The notes beneath the pieces are model-generated. The model saw nothing but the letters and a program-made list of their open reading frames with translations, was not told where the DNA came from and did not search any database. A DNA stretch of 64,000 nt from the NCBI RefSeq assembly GCF_009914755.1, contig NC_060928.1. The stretch is one strand, 5' to 3'. This document shows, piece after piece, positions 1 to 14,491 of this stretch. Each line of letters opens with the position of its first letter. Position 1 is the stretch's first letter. The position numbers and the translations under genes were made by a program. Source of the stretch: the human T2T-CHM13v2.0 reference genome, Homo sapiens.

Positions 1-1284
1 TTGCAGCTGTAAACATGCATTCAGAGGAACATGCCCAGCTACTTCAGCATGTCAGAGGGAGAACCGACCCAGAATGGAAGGAGTCAGGGTTATTTACCTC
101 CAAGAGATGAGGCTGAGCTCAATCTTACAGGATAAATAGGAGTCATCTGGCTATTTGTACCCCAGAGGACAATATAAAGATACAAAGTTGAGAAAAAAGA
201 TGACGGGCAGAGGGCTAGTGCTATAATAGTCTCTTGTTGTTTATTTCATGTGCAAAGCAGAAAGCAAGGCTGAGTAAGTAGAGAGACATCAGGTTAGGGA
301 TATGCCATGGTTTAAATTTGCTGAGTTTTTTGTAACCTAATTAGAAAAAGGAGAGTAATGTGTGTGTACACAGTGGAGACAGTAAACACATGGTCACTGG
401 AGTTCATTATTTTATACATTCTTCCCCAGAATCCATATGGGGCATAGTATTATTTTTCCTGTTTTATATATAAGAGCTTGTTTCTTCGAAATATTAAGCA
501 AATTGCCTAAGGATTCAGAGAAGATAAGCGATGGAGATAGAATTCACTTCTACAGAATTCCAAAATCCAAACTTGCAGAGATATTGAACAACTTGCCCAG
601 GATTATACAGTGAGTAAGCACTTAAAAACGTGGATTTGGAAAGTGGGATCAGATTATGTTTTCTGGTTATAACTGGATTAATTGAAAATGAGGACGATCA
701 CTGATTTCACAGTGCTTTATTCTTAGAGATGTGCCAGATTACAAAATGGATCTTTTTTCCTCTTATACTATGTAGCACCTTGTCCAAGCAAGCTGAAACT
801 TGGTGGATGGTTTTTGTTTTATAACATACTTTCTTGGATGATTAAGAGTCAGGATTGCTGTGGTACTGACTTGCACCCTCCTCCTCAAATTAGCCCAGTG
901 CAGAGATGTAGCCTTTTAATACATACAGGTGGAAAGGTAGCGTGGATTATAATAAGAAAACAACAACCAAGCTGTACATTTTCCTTAGATGATTAGATCT
1001 GCCTCAGGAAATCCTGCAGAGTTTCAAATAGAAATGTGTTCATCTTTCCTATGGAAAATAAATTCTCAGTGAGACTGCTTACTTATTTTCAAACTCTGAC
1101 CCTCACGTACATATTTTGGTCAATTTTGATACTTGTTCTGAAATTCTTGTTGGTATTTCTATTGAAAAAATGAACTATTGTGATTATTGTATTCTTCTCA
1201 TAGACTCTGAGGCAAGGCAGAATACTGCTTAGGCCAGGATTTGGGCAGAGAGGGAGTCTTTTTTTCATAAAGAATTTTTATTGT

Positions 1285-1585
1285 GGCTGGGAGTGGTGGC
1301 TCATGCCTGTCATCCCAGTGATTTGCGAAGATGAGGTGGAAGGATCACTTGAGCCCAGGAGTTGAAGACCATCCTGGGCAACATAGTGAGACCCCCATCT
1401 CTACAAAAATAAAAACTAAAAAATTAGCCAGGTGTGGTGGCATGCACCTGCCGTCCTACTACTCCAGAGACTGAGGTAGGAGGGTTACTTGAGCCCAGGA
1501 GTTCGAGGCTGAAGTGAGCTATGATCGCGCCACTGCACTCCACCCTGGGTGACAAAGTGAGACCCTATGTCAAAAAAAAAAAAAA
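1285..1585 (+). mobile_element. AluJ-type SINE
   Basis: GGCTGGGAGTGGTGGCTCATGCCTGT start, two arms, A-tail, AluJ-type TTGAGCCCAGGAGTT; degenerate TSD AGAATTTTT..TGT. Confidence 0.93.
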
Positions 1586-1634
1586 CACAGAATTTTTTTG
1601 TAATGGCATTTAATCTGTAATGAATTATGATAAA

Positions 1635-1780
1635 CATTATTACATTATTATATGTTAATAATACCTACCTCTCAGGATTAGTGTGAGAATTAAATGAGTA
1701 AATATATGTTAACATATGTGAAATGTTTAGAACAGTTACTGGCACACAATAACCTCTATACAAGTATTTGTTATTATTAC
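1635..1780 (+). mobile_element. MIR SINE 3' fragment
   Basis: AATAATACCTACCTCTCAGGATTAGTGTGAGAATTAAATGAG...AGAACAGTTACTGGCACACAATAA resembles the MIR core and tail. Confidence 0.75.
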
Positions 1781-4039
1781 ACATTTTTCATTTTATTTTA
1801 TATTTAGATTATCTATTTTAATATTGTATATGTATTGGCCTTACAACAATGAAGAATTCCGTCCAATATGTAGGAAACTCCAAATGGGAATTGAGATAAA
1901 TGCCACGAACAAATATGGTGTATTTTTATTTACTTTAAATTTGCACAGATTAACTAGATTGTTGTTTCTGCTGTTAGTAGTAATATTTTTATTTTCTGTT
2001 TATAGCAAGTCTTTCTTCTTCATAGATCAAGTTTGTAACTTGCAATTATGTTGGGGCAACCAGTGTCAACTGGCACTGTCCAGAGAAAATCCGTTGAGAT
2101 TTGTAAGCCATTCTTATAAAATTAACATGCAAATAGCCTCTCAAGTCTTTCTTCTATCAGTGTGGCCATGTTCTAGCAGTAGGACTGAAGACCATTGAAT
2201 AGGAATGTTACAACTAATGCCTCTACTGGGCGCCGGAGCAAAATAGCTGCCAATAGGCATGCCATGCTTTTTAGCTTCAGTGAAATTCCAGTTAGAAATC
2301 TTGAGAGGTTTCTTAGTGGCTGATGGCAGCTCACAAGTGGGTCAGAGGATCACATCCTGGCCGCCGCAAAAAGTACACACTTTTTTTTCTTTCCTTCTGC
2401 CAAGACCAAAATCACTGACTTGCTGGAAAGAAATAAGCAGATGTGACTGCTGCTCATCTTCAGGCCAGCCTCCTATGTTTTCCTGCTTTGATGGCTTGGC
2501 GGAACGCTGGGCACATATAAATATTTTATATTGGTTTAGGCTTCATTCCTCAGCATGGAGCCTGTTTCTGCTAGCTCATGGTGAACGTTTCTGTGAAGTC
2601 ACTCCTTCTTACCCCATATCCATGAAAATCTCATCTGTTGCCTCTCCTGGTGTCAGAAAGCTGAAGTTTAATTCATGTAATATTAGATATTTCATTTGTT
2701 TGTCAGATGGAATGTTTATTAAATAGTTTTTTACTCTATGTCAGGGGTTCTTTTTTTTCCCTTGTTTGCTTTTTATGCATTCAATGATTATTCACTAAAA
2801 GCCTGACAGCTGGCAAGATATCGATACACTAGGTACTTTGAAGGAGTGTCCAGAAGAATGAAAGACATAAATACAGTTAACTGTGTGTTTCAGTTAGGGA
2901 AAAATAAGGATTTCAAGGAAGTACAGTGTGAATGAAGTGTTAGGAGCTCTGATAATATCTGCCATTTCTCTGCTCTAGAATATCTTGTCTGATTTCTTAT
3001 CTTTCTCCTGTTTCATCCTTTTTGCATTCTCTCGTCATCCTGTGGAACTCTTACATAAATCAGTGTCATTGGTGGTTTCTTGACTCAGTTTTCAAAAAGG
3101 CTAGCTCCTGCAGTCATTTCATCATGAACTACAGTCTGTAATTGCAGGATCTAAACTCTTGGTTTATAAATATCATTGCCGTCTCTTTCTCTTCTATGTA
3201 AGATCTCTCTCTTGTCTAGTTCAATCTTCTAATTACGTACTTCGAGGTCTTTTACCAATTGTTTGCACCAGCTACTTTATCTTTCTGTTTCATGCTCCAT
3301 TACTCCCTAAACCAAATTCTCAGCTTCAGTCAAGTAAACTATTTATTTACCATTCCCGGAGCAGGCACTTTGCTTTCTGCTATTTCTTGGCCTCTATACT
3401 TGCAAATGCTTAACATTTGCATGTAGAATGCTCTCCTTCCTTCTCACCATGAAAACGTCTTCTGCCCTTTTTCAAAAGTTTTCTATGACACCGTCTGCAT
3501 AATCTCATTGCCTCTAGTAATTCTACATTTTCCACATGTGTTTAATTATTTAGCCATGACTAGTTACTTGACGTTAATTTTCTATCAGGTTTCTGTGGAT
3601 ACGTTTGTGTCCCTGTCTCTGTGTTTTGTTCATGCTGCAGCGTGTTAAGTTTCCAGGTACCCCATACAGTGTTCTGTGAATGTGCACAGATGCAAACTGA
3701 AATATATTTATATGACCATGGAAGATGATTGATTCATCTTGCTGCTCACTGACTGCTATTTTGGAGAGTGCATTGTTTGTAATCTTCCCAGTGATTTAAC
3801 TGTTTTTATTAAGTGAGGGCTTTAAAGCACTTACCATTTGCTTTTGGCTGTTCTTTTTGAACAGGAGTAAAAATGCTCATAGTGCTTGGCAATTGAATGC
3901 TTAAATATATACATTAATTAGTCTAATATAAGCTTTTAGATAGTGTTTTTTATGTTCACGTTTTGGGCAAGTATTCAGGCATCCGCACGTCTCTTCTGTT
4001 TACCAAAGGTGTACCCAGGAAGAGTTTGAAGAAACAATG

Positions 4040-5330
4040 TTATTAACAATTATTTATGGAGTGCCCAGAGGCACAAGGCATTTGGCTAAATGCTTAGAAT
4101 ACAATAGTAGGCAAATTCAGAAAAGGGAGTTTACAAGCTAACAAGGCATATTAATGAAATGATCACACAAATAAATGTCAAGTCACCACTCAGGTCACTC
4201 AGGGAACTGGTACTTAAGCAGAGATTTGAAGGGTGAGGACATACCTGGGGACGGAGGAAGGAGAGAAAGAAGAAAATACAGGTAAAGGGTAGAGCATATG
4301 CAGAAGTAGCAGGTGGGAGCCTGACATGTTTGAGGAATTGGAAGTAGATGATTGTTGCTGGAACACAGAGCAAAGCAGCATAATGCAAGGTGAGCTTTGT
4401 TTAAGGACTTGGATCTTTGGCCAGAAAGCAGTAAACAGTGCTGGGGGTTAGAAGGATGTGACCAGATTGCTATTTTGCATTATTACCTTGGTTACAATAT
4501 AGAGCAAATTGGAGACTGCAGGGAGGTGGTAGTGGAGTTGAAGAGAAGTGGGTGGGTGTTGGAAGATATTTAGAGAATACTAATATAGTATGGATGTAAA
4601 AGCAAAGGAAAAGGAGGTTTCCAAGATGACAGCTGCATTTATGATTTGCAGGAAAGGATGGCTGGTGGTACCATTTTCTGAAAGGGGGTATGCTAAAATA
4701 GAACAAGGTTTGGGGGCTGAGGAAAGATCCTTAGTTCTGTTGTGAACATTCTGAAGTTGAGACATTTTGCAGCATTCAAGTGGAGATGTCAAGCCACTAG
4801 ATCTGTGGCTGAGTAGCTCAAGGGAAATGTCAAAGCTATGGATATCGGTGTTATAAAGTGATCATTATATAGATGATAACTGACACTGTGCGTATAGATG
4901 AGATTGCTTAAGAAAAAAAGCATAGAGTGGGAAGAGAGGCCTGAGTGATTCTGTATTTCAGTGGCTTAGTAAAGGGACAAGAGGCTACAAAATAGACTGA
5001 GAAGGTACAAGCAGAAGGGCATGGAGGAAGTGCTGAGAGATGAAGAGTGCAGAGTCCCTGCAGGCAAGAGAAGAGACCATTTGAAGAGGGACCTAATCAG
5101 TGGTGTAGAAAACCATCAAACATCAAGAAAGATGAAAAATAAAAATGCTCTGCTTGATTCATTTACGTGGAGAATACTGATGAGCTAGCAGTGACTTCTC
5201 CGGAGGGATGGGAGTGGAAGCCAGAGTGGATGAAGGAGTGAGCAAGGAGATGGAGACAGTGGGAACAGAGAACTCCTCCAAGAAGTTCGGCTATGAATAG
5301 GAATGAGAGGAATAACATGGTATCTGTATG
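4040..5330 (-). mobile_element. L2 LINE 3' fragment (degraded)
   Basis: Starts with the reverse complement of the L2 tail (ATTATTTATGGAGTGCC) and continues as typical purine-rich antisense L2 (GTGGAGATGTC, AGCTCAAGGGAAA). Confidence 0.7.
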
Positions 5331-6138
5331 TTCAGGGAATATTTTAATGTTTTTAAAATTATAGAGAATTATGAGTGCTCAAGTGCTATTCAGATGTGGA
5401 AGGAAGATATTGGATGTGTAAACCAGGTTTGTGATCATCAACAAACCATAAGGATCATTCGAACGATATTAAATTTTCGTACAGCATTAAAATTTCTCCT
5501 CTAAGCACAACTATTAACTTCATTCCTTCATTCAGCAAATAGTTATTTTAACACTTTCTATGTGTCATGCACTGTTCTAGGTTCTGGGAATATAAATGTG
5601 TATAATATTTACTGAGATGGAGAAGATTCGGTGTGGGTGAGGTTGAATTTGGGGGAAAATCAAGAAGTTTGTTTTGGCCATGTTAAGTTTGAGCTGTCTT
5701 CCAGACACCCACGTGGAGATGTCAGATAGACTGCTGGAGAAGCTGACTGTAGAGTGTGGCAGATGTGAGGACAGGGACCTTAGTGTCCTTATTGCTGTAT
5801 CCCCAGCGTCTGGAACACAGACATAATTTGACTTGAGCACTCTTCCTAATACTCCTAGAGAACTTAATTGATACAAAGTTTACTGTGGGACACAATAAAG
5901 AATAGAAAACGGTAAATCTAAGATTGACAAGAAAGTTTGATTTGAATGTAAACCTTTGTAACCTTAGCCCTACTTGTAGCTTTTGTTCATTTTACCTTCA
6001 GGCCTCTAGTATTTCCTCCATAAGTTATTATGAAGCCATGGTGGAGGGAGGAAGAGGGACTAAAATTCAAGATGTTGTATAGAAAAACAAGAAATTGCTA
6101 ACAGAGTATTCGTTTCCACCAGATAAAAATTTCACTTA

Positions 6139-6428
<290 letters not shown>

Positions 6429-6789
6429 TTTTTCACTTAAAAAATATTTATCCAGTGATCCCGTGTGTCTCACCAAGGATTGAGAAAACAGGCTGACAGA
6501 ATGGTGTCAGCGGTGTTGAGTAAGCACCTACTTCATGTCAAGAACTGGGCTAGGAATTGAGATAGCTCGGTGAAAAAAATAGATGCATATACATATATGG
6601 CTTCTGCTCTCATAGAACTTAGTAATTTTGCAAAGGGCAATGAAGAGGAACTGCATATGCTAACAGAGCTCCTAACGAAGGAACTAACCTAGTTAGGAGG
6701 ATCAGGGAGGATTTCCCTGAGGAATCAGTGTTTTGCTCACATGTGAAACATACATAGATCATTTCAGGCAGAGCGAGCGAGTGGTACTA

Positions 6790-6990
6790 AGGTTAGTATT
6801 TACTGAGCATTCACTCTGTGCCTGGCACAGTTTTAAACACTTTCATTATATTACTAAGGTAGATTCTATCACTAATCCCATTTTACAGATGGGAAAACTA
6901 AAACCGCTAAGAGTTTAAAAAACTTGCTCAACTTCAAACAGTTGGTAAATGGTTCCCAGAATTCTAGCTCAGGAAGTCTGATTTCACAGC
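6790..6990 (-). mobile_element. MIR SINE
   Basis: ATCCCATTTTACAGATGGGAAAACT MIR core in antisense orientation. Confidence 0.75.
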
Positions 6991-7565
6991 ACAAATTCTT
7001 ACCTCTATTTTGGTTTTTTAAAAGCATGGTGTTTTTGAAAAACTGAGGAACATCTAACATGACTTAACAGAGCAATATCATGTGCTATCTTATGGGTTTG
7101 CAATTTTGGACTTTATCCTAAGCCATAGAAAGTGATTCTGTGTGTGTGTGTATAGAAACGAAATATTTTTGGACTTCCTTCATTTCCTTAAAGCCTCAAA
7201 ATAGAGAGCAGAATGTTAAGAAATCTGTCATTTGTGCACATGAGCATCTTTCAAAAACACAATCATCCAACAATATACTGAATTGATTGTCTTAAAATTA
7301 TAGGGTGGTGCAAACATTTTCAATCATGCCATTGGTCAAGGGAAAAAAGTTAGATGAGAACTTCTATTGAATCCATGCTATTTTATAGGAATTTTGCTAG
7401 TGGCTTAACATGCATTATCTTATGTAGTATATGTAACGAAGAGTAAGCTGTGTTTTCATACCAGAACTCATTACTAGCAATTCAGCACTTAATATGATGG
7501 AGAAGATTAGAAAACAGATTTTAAATGCTAAAAGCCAACAAGCTCAATAGCAAAATCTGGTTTTA

Positions 7566-7933
<368 letters not shown>

Positions 7934-8099
7934 TCATTTATTGAGCACCTACTTAGTTTGAAGGTTATGATACCAAAGCCAGAACCAAGTATTTTATAGC
8001 AAAGTCTCTCCCCCTTGTTTGTAAATTGAGTGCTTATTTTGTGCCTCACATCATGCCAGCATCTTCAGTTTTTGGCTCTGAGGTCATGTTCATTGGAAC

Positions 8100-8680
8100 T
8101 GTGTCTGTGGAAATGCCTTGAGTTCTGGCTCTAGGGGAACTCTTTAGCAGACGATTTTCCTTTGTTTCTGCCAAGTACCTGAGGCACAGCTTACCTGGGA
8201 CACTTTTTTCCTCTGCTTGAGGTTTTCAGACACAGGTAATGTAAATTCAATGGGCAAACCCATTTGAGGGCTACCTCTTGGATACAAATTCTTGAAGGAG
8301 ATGTTTTTCTTTCTCCACCTAGAGCCAAGGTCAAGGCAGGCAGGTTTCTTTGTGTCACTTTATATAGGGTAGTTTTGTTATAGTTTCCCTATACTGAGAG
8401 CACAATTCTTTGGGAGCCTTGCTTTATGGAAGGGTTTTTATTAAACTCTCTACTTTCAAAGGGACAAGCCCTGGGCTTTATCTTCACCCCAGCGTTCCGT
8501 GTACTCTTTCATGATGAAGCTCGAGGTCAAGTTTCGGATTCACCTTGTTTTTGGCCTCTTAGTATACTTTACTTTCTTACAAAGTCAGTGAGATGAGTAA
8601 AAATGATTCTATACAATTTTTTATCCTTTATTTAATGTTAGCAGGAGAGTTGTTCAGGTGTCTACTTTCCATATCACTGT
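8100..8680 (-). mobile_element. Ancient L1M (L1ME-like) 5' region
   Basis: Resembles antisense old L1 5' UTR (TTTGTTTCTGCCAAGTACCTGAGG...; GCAGGAGAGTTGTTCAGG) and is similar to 55820-57050. Confidence 0.45.
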
Positions 8681-8957
8681 AAATGAAAGTTTAAGCTTTT
8701 AACTATGCATTAAGCTGTTGAATCCTCACAACAATTCTCGTGGTAGATGTGAAGAACACACGGGTTAAAGAGGTTTGTATGACTCAGCTAAGATCATACA
8801 GCCAGTAAAAATTTGAAAAGGAGTTTGAACCCAAGCCGTCTAACTTTGGAAGCTATAGCAAATGTTGGTGACATAACAAAGGAGTTCCTAACGAATGTAG
8901 CTTGTGATTGACCTATATCTTTCCTACTAGAAGGAACAAACACACCAGTAATGACTC

Positions 8958-9092
8958 GATGGATGCATGGATGCAAGGATGGAGGGATGCATGGATGGAT
9001 GCATGGATGCAAGGATGGAGGGATGCATGGATGGATGCAAGGATGGAGGGATGCATGGATGCATGGATGGAGGGAAGGGAGGGAGGAAGGGA
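8958..9092. repeat. Complex (GGAT)n-derived VNTR, ~36-bp period, ending in (GGAG/GGAA)n
   Basis: GATGGATGCATGGATGCAAGGATGGAGGGATGCATG units read directly. Confidence 0.95.
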
Positions 9093-10131
9093 AGTGTCTC
9101 AACATAGAGACCAGGAGAAGAAATGGCACTACAGAGTGTATTTATTTGAACAAATTCAATAGGAGAAAGAAGAAAGGTTCTATGTCAGGAGGTTCATGCA
9201 ATTATTCTGCTGCATCTGGTAGGGTCATTGCTTCTATTTGGAGGTTACATGTATCTTCAGAAAGTTTAGCTGTATTACCAGTTGTTGGTGTATGCTGATT
9301 TTTATGAGTGAAGTAATATAATAAGAATGGGCGAGCACAAGGAGACCAGCATTCTGCTTTTAATAACCTCTAACCTTAAACAGGTTACTGAGGCCTCATC
9401 TAGGCATCTGTTCCCTTATCTTTAAAAACAAAAGTTCTTTAAAGTCTCATCTTTTTTTTCACCAAAAAACTTAAAAAATTGAGATAGAACATATTTTCAT
9501 ATATATATATGTGTGTGTATATATGTAAGTTGTTGATACATGCTTTTTTGGTGGTATTCCATCTATAGAAAGGATAATTTTCCAGAAAAGTATATTTTTT
9601 TTTTAGTTTGTGTCAGCTACTCTATTTTAAGTACTTTACATACTGTCGCTATAGGATAGTCGGATATGAATCTTTATAAAAGTAATTTTATTAGGGCTTA
9701 TTTTATTCTTTGGAATACCAATTCAGATGATATCATCAATATAATCCTTTTGGATTAAATAGACGAAGGAGGTTGCCTTTTATTTTTATATTTAAGAACC
9801 AGAATATTGTGTAGTACCTTTTGCTTCAAGATGTTCAGGTGAGAATGTTTCAAAAAACTAAAATAAAGGGAAAGATAACACACTGTCAGTTTTCCTCTCA
9901 ATGTTTCCTGACAAATAAGTGAGTTATCAGATTTCAGTTTATAGTTCAATAAGTTTATATAACTAATAACAAATATTGTATTCAGAAAGGTATATACATG
10001 TAAGTTTTTAGTTGATTGTGCAGAAAGAGAGCAGTACTCTGCCCTACCCTATTCTGTGTTTTCTCGCCTTTCCAATTTCTACTTGCCTTTCAAGTTCCAG
10101 CTCAACTTTCCCCTGCAAGGCATTTTCCTAG

Positions 10132-10449
<318 letters not shown>

Positions 10450-11189
10450 TAAATAGGTAACCTCTCAGTCTCCTTAGCTCTCATGACTATCAAATAAAAG
10501 TTGTGTTGCTCATCTTCTCCTTACCTCCTCACCTTTTAAACCCAGGAATTAATGGAAAGAAGGAGACATTCATTTAAGGAGAGAACCTATGCGTTGGCTT
10601 GATGAATGATGACTGTGTGAAAGTTAGGGACTTGGAGTCAAATATATGCCCACACTGTTAAAGACAGTATCATTTACTTAACACATAACTAGTCTTCATC
10701 TAGGTGAATTTGAGCAAATCTCTTAACACCTCCTGGCATCAATTTTCTTACCTGAACAAGAGTTAGGGTAGATCAGGAACCATCAATCAGCGCATCAAAA
10801 TCTTCAACAGTAGATATTGAAAACGTACATGCTGGATCTCATTTAAATAAATTCCCCTTGGGGATTTACTTTTATTCCCCATCTCTGCAGAGATTAAAAA
10901 GTAAAGGAAAATTGCTTCTCCTGATAGAAAAAAAAGTCGTAGTTTTTAGTCAAGGTGATTTCTAAGATGCCATCTAGTTCTACAATTACAGAGCTATGAG
11001 TCTATCACGTGAGTAAAATAAAATTGAGGGGAAAAAAGTTAAGACAACATACCAGTGTATTTACTTGATATGTCTGTTTGCGTGGAAAGACGTCTTTTTT
11101 GTTTGTAAGAACTCATTAATAGATGTATATTTTTGGATAGGTGATATATCAGCAAACTGTTGTTAGCATCTCTATATTATATCTTAAAT

Positions 11190-12240
11190 ATTTCCACTTG
11201 CCTTCAGCCCCACTACAACCACCCAGGTCTAAGCCACTCTCCATTACCTCTTGCCTGGACCTCTACAGTTGCCTCCTGCTTGGTTTCTAGCAGCCAGAAT
11301 ATTTTTTAAATAAAAGCTGAATCTCAGTTCTCTCTTGCGCAGAACCTCTCCTGGCCTACTAGACCCTGAATAACTTGGCCTTCGCCTTTCGTTCCAGTCT
11401 CATCTTGTTCTGCCTTTTCCTCTGCCCTTGGGCCTTCTCCTGTTTTGGAACGTGCCACAGTCTCCCTCCCCGGTGGTATTACACAGTCAGTTCCCTCTTC
11501 CAGAAGACTCTGCCCCTGTCAACTGGTATGGCTTCTCTTTCTTTGTCTTTAGATCTCAGCTTAATATAGCTCCACAGAAAAACCTTCCCTCACTGCCCTA
11601 TTTAGGTAGCCCACCTGTTTTACTCTGTTTCTCTGTCCTGTTTGCATCTTTTCATAGGAATTACAGTTGACCGTTGAACAATTAGGGGGCTAGAGGTGCT
11701 ACCCCATCTACACAGTCAAAATTCCTCATGTAACATTTGACTCCTCCAAAACTTAACCATGAGTAGCCTACTATTGACCAGAAGCCTTACCGATCAACAG
11801 TCGATTAACACATATTTGGCATGTTGTATGTATTTTTTACTGTATTCTTACAATAAAGGAAACTAGAGAAGGGACAATGTTATTAAGACAATCATAAGGA
11901 AGAGAAAATATTCTTACTGTTCATTAAGTGGAAGTGGGTCATCACAAAGGTCTTCATCCTTGTCATCTTCACGCTGAGCAGGCTAACAAGGAGAGGGAAC
12001 AGGAAGGGTTGGTCGTGCTGTCCCAGAGGTGGCACAGGAGGAAGGAAATCTGCATGTAAGTGCGCCTGCACAGTTCAAACCCCTGTTGTTGAAGGACCAG
12101 CTGTATTATTACTTTGTTATTTGTTTCCTTTTAATTTTTCTTTCTAGAAAAATTGACAGCAGGGGCCATGTCTGTTTGGTTTAATGCTGTAACATTCCAA
12201 GCACACAGCAAGTAAGTGCTCTACAAATATTTGTTGAATC
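11190..12240 (+). mobile_element. L2 3' fragment interrupted by Tigger2a
   Basis: Pyrimidine-rich L2 body ending in the L2 tail AAATATTTGTTGAAT at ~12225-12239. Confidence 0.65.
11664..12103 (+). mobile_element. Tigger2a (MER28) non-autonomous TcMar-Tigger DNA transposon, complete
   Basis: TIRs CAGTTGACCGTTGAACAA / TTGTTGAAGGACCAGCTG, TA TSD on both sides, 440 bp, typical interior. Confidence 0.85.
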
Positions 12241-12264
12241 CTTGACTCAATTAGACATTTACCA

Positions 12265-12432
12265 TTTTTTTTTGTTGTTTGTTTTTTTTAGAGTCAGGGA
12301 CTTGCTTTATCCAGACTGGAGTTTATGGCACAATTATGGCTCACTGAAGCCTCAACCTCATGGGCTCGAGCAATCCTTCTGCCTTGGCCTCCCAAAGTGC
12401 TGGGAGTACAGGCATGAGCCACTGTGCCTGGC
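12265..12432 (-). mobile_element. Monomer-length AluJ-like element
   Basis: Antisense Alu with a right-arm 3' end joined to a left-arm 5' end; TSD GACATTTA. Confidence 0.85.
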
Positions 12433-12881
12433 TGACATTTATCTTTTTATCTGTATTTTACTTCAGTTAATTAAAATAAGTTTTATTCTCTGAAAACCGA
12501 CAATCTTTTATTCTCCAAGCAACTGAAAATAGTCTGGAAATGTGCAAAGAAATAGGGAATCCTACCAGAGATTTAATCTGTCCACAGATAATCCTGAAAA
12601 TGGACAAGTTGCTTATGGATAATCAAAAGTGTGTCCAAGAGTTAATCTGTTTTTTGAAAAGGTTCTATATATGCCTTGCTGTAGTTAGCAGAGGTCGCTT
12701 CAAAAGCTGTTCATATTGGAATCTGTGTATACCTGAGTGTGTATGATTAAAAGTCTTTAATTGTAGGTTTGCAACATGTTTGTAGAATCTGATCAGTATG
12801 TTAACTGCTGGATTAATCCTGTTTTCTAAATCTTCAATATGCATATTTTTACAAAAGAAATATCTCCTCTTCCATTTCTAG

Positions 12882-13270
12882 ATGTACCTCACGTGATTAA
12901 TTCTCATGAGTAAGCAGAGATCTTGACCTGTAGCTTCTTACATCTGCCTATTTGTTTAGCAGAACAGAGAATTACGGTAAAACAGAGGCATGGTACAAGC
13001 GTTTGTGTTTGCTTTACAAACACGTCTCCCAACTTAGTACAAAAAAACACTGCAAACTCTTAATTTTAGATCTTCTTAGGTTTGTTGTAAATAGAAAGTA
13101 GAGTATAATGTTTTATAGATTTATTTCTAAACTATATTATGGTTACTTTTCTCGTGCTTTTCAGATATTTGAGAAATTGTTTATGTGCTGTCATGAATAT
13201 GAATTCATTATTATTAAATGTTAATGAATAATTTTGCTTCAAAATAAAATAGTGAGCCTGTATACTTTCA
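12882..13270 (+). other. Candidate alternative last exon (or 28-nt internal mini-exon 12882-12909)
   Basis: Acceptor TCTCCTCTTCCATTTCTAG|ATG; stops in all three frames within 32 nt; donor-like TGA|GTAAGC; AATAAA at 13243 followed by a T-rich tract. Confidence 0.35.
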
Positions 13271-13768
13271 CTTGTATAGTGTCCTAGCCCATATTTTAAT
13301 TTTTTAGTTTTTCCCTTTGTTTTCTTTCATGTCAGCTTCTTCATCTGGTCCATCAGTTATTGAACATATTACGTCACCTCCGCCCCATCCCATCTTCATG
13401 ACAATCAGAGGAGGTTGCTAAGTGCTAGTTTCATCCAGGCCATTTTGTGGCCAAACGCTAAGCACACTACCAGTTCTATCCAATGCTCACTCACTGGTGC
13501 AGTTTCCATTTGAGTCCAGCCCTATAGAAAGAAGATGACAGCTTTCGGTTTTCATAGTTTGACTAAACTATCTTTTTGTGTCATGTAAGGAACCAAAATC
13601 ATATTTTAAACTTGCTCCTTGATAGCTCCTTATTTAAAATTTTCTGGGAATGTTTTATCACTACAGATATTAAGGCATGGAGAAGAAATAAATGCTTTAT
13701 TGTAGCCACAGAAATTGTTTTCTTTTTCTAACCCAATCATTTGCCATCTCTCTGAAAAAAAATTCCAA

Positions 13769-14070
13769 GGCCAGGCACGATGGCTCGTGCCTCGAGTCCC
13801 AGCACTTTGGGAGGTCGAGGTGGGAGGATCAGTTAAGCCCGGTAGTTTGAGACCAGCCTGGACAACAAAGTGAGACCCCATCTCTACAAAAATAAAATAT
13901 AAAAAAATTAGCCACGCATGGTAGTGTACACCTGTAGTCCCAGCTACTTGGGAGGCTCAGGTGGAAAAGATCCTGTGAGCCCAGGAGGTGGAGGGTGCAG
14001 TGATCTATGATCATACCACTGTGCTCCAGCCTGGGCAACACAGTGAGACCCTGTCTCAGAAAATAAAATA
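13769..14070 (+). mobile_element. AluJ SINE
   Basis: Full dimer, diverged, short A-rich tail. Confidence 0.92.
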
Positions 14071-14491
14071 TTCCCTTCTCATCTCTGATCAGAATAGAAA
14101 AAGACCGCCCGTGACTCATGTTTAGAATTTTTGCAATCCAAACCCAGCTTTTCCACATTTTATGAAAATATGAGCTGCCTTGAGTTGCACAATGTTCACA
14201 GTAAACACACGGTTTTAGGAACTTGAAGAACGTCCATACATAGAACCCAGACTCTTAACTCCAACACAGATCACTAAAGCTTTGGACTGAAAAGCAAGGA
14301 GTGCACAGGCCGAGGCAACTCTACCTGGGGGAGGAACACTTCCATGACCCCAAGGCCGGGTGAGCCTGTTGGTTCTGGCATTCATTGGTTAGTCACCTGA
14401 TGTAGATGTTCTACTCCAGAGGTGGCAAGCGTGTGGGACATTTGTTAACACTCCCACCTCCAATACTTACAACAGACATCAATAATGGATC

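Noticed and set aside
1824-2726. 124-aa and 155-aa ORFs
   Set aside because: No recognisable domain, random-like composition, no supporting splice structure
8794-9298. Three overlapping repetitive ORFs and a ~36-bp periodicity suggestive of CRISPR
   Set aside because: Tandem GGAT-derived VNTR with no unique spacers, in eukaryotic DNA with no cas genes
14414-14430. CTCF-like CCAGAGGTGGCA (also AGAGGGGGCAC at ~46150)
   Set aside because: The 5' half does not fit the CCASYAGRKGGC spacing; too weak without ChIP data
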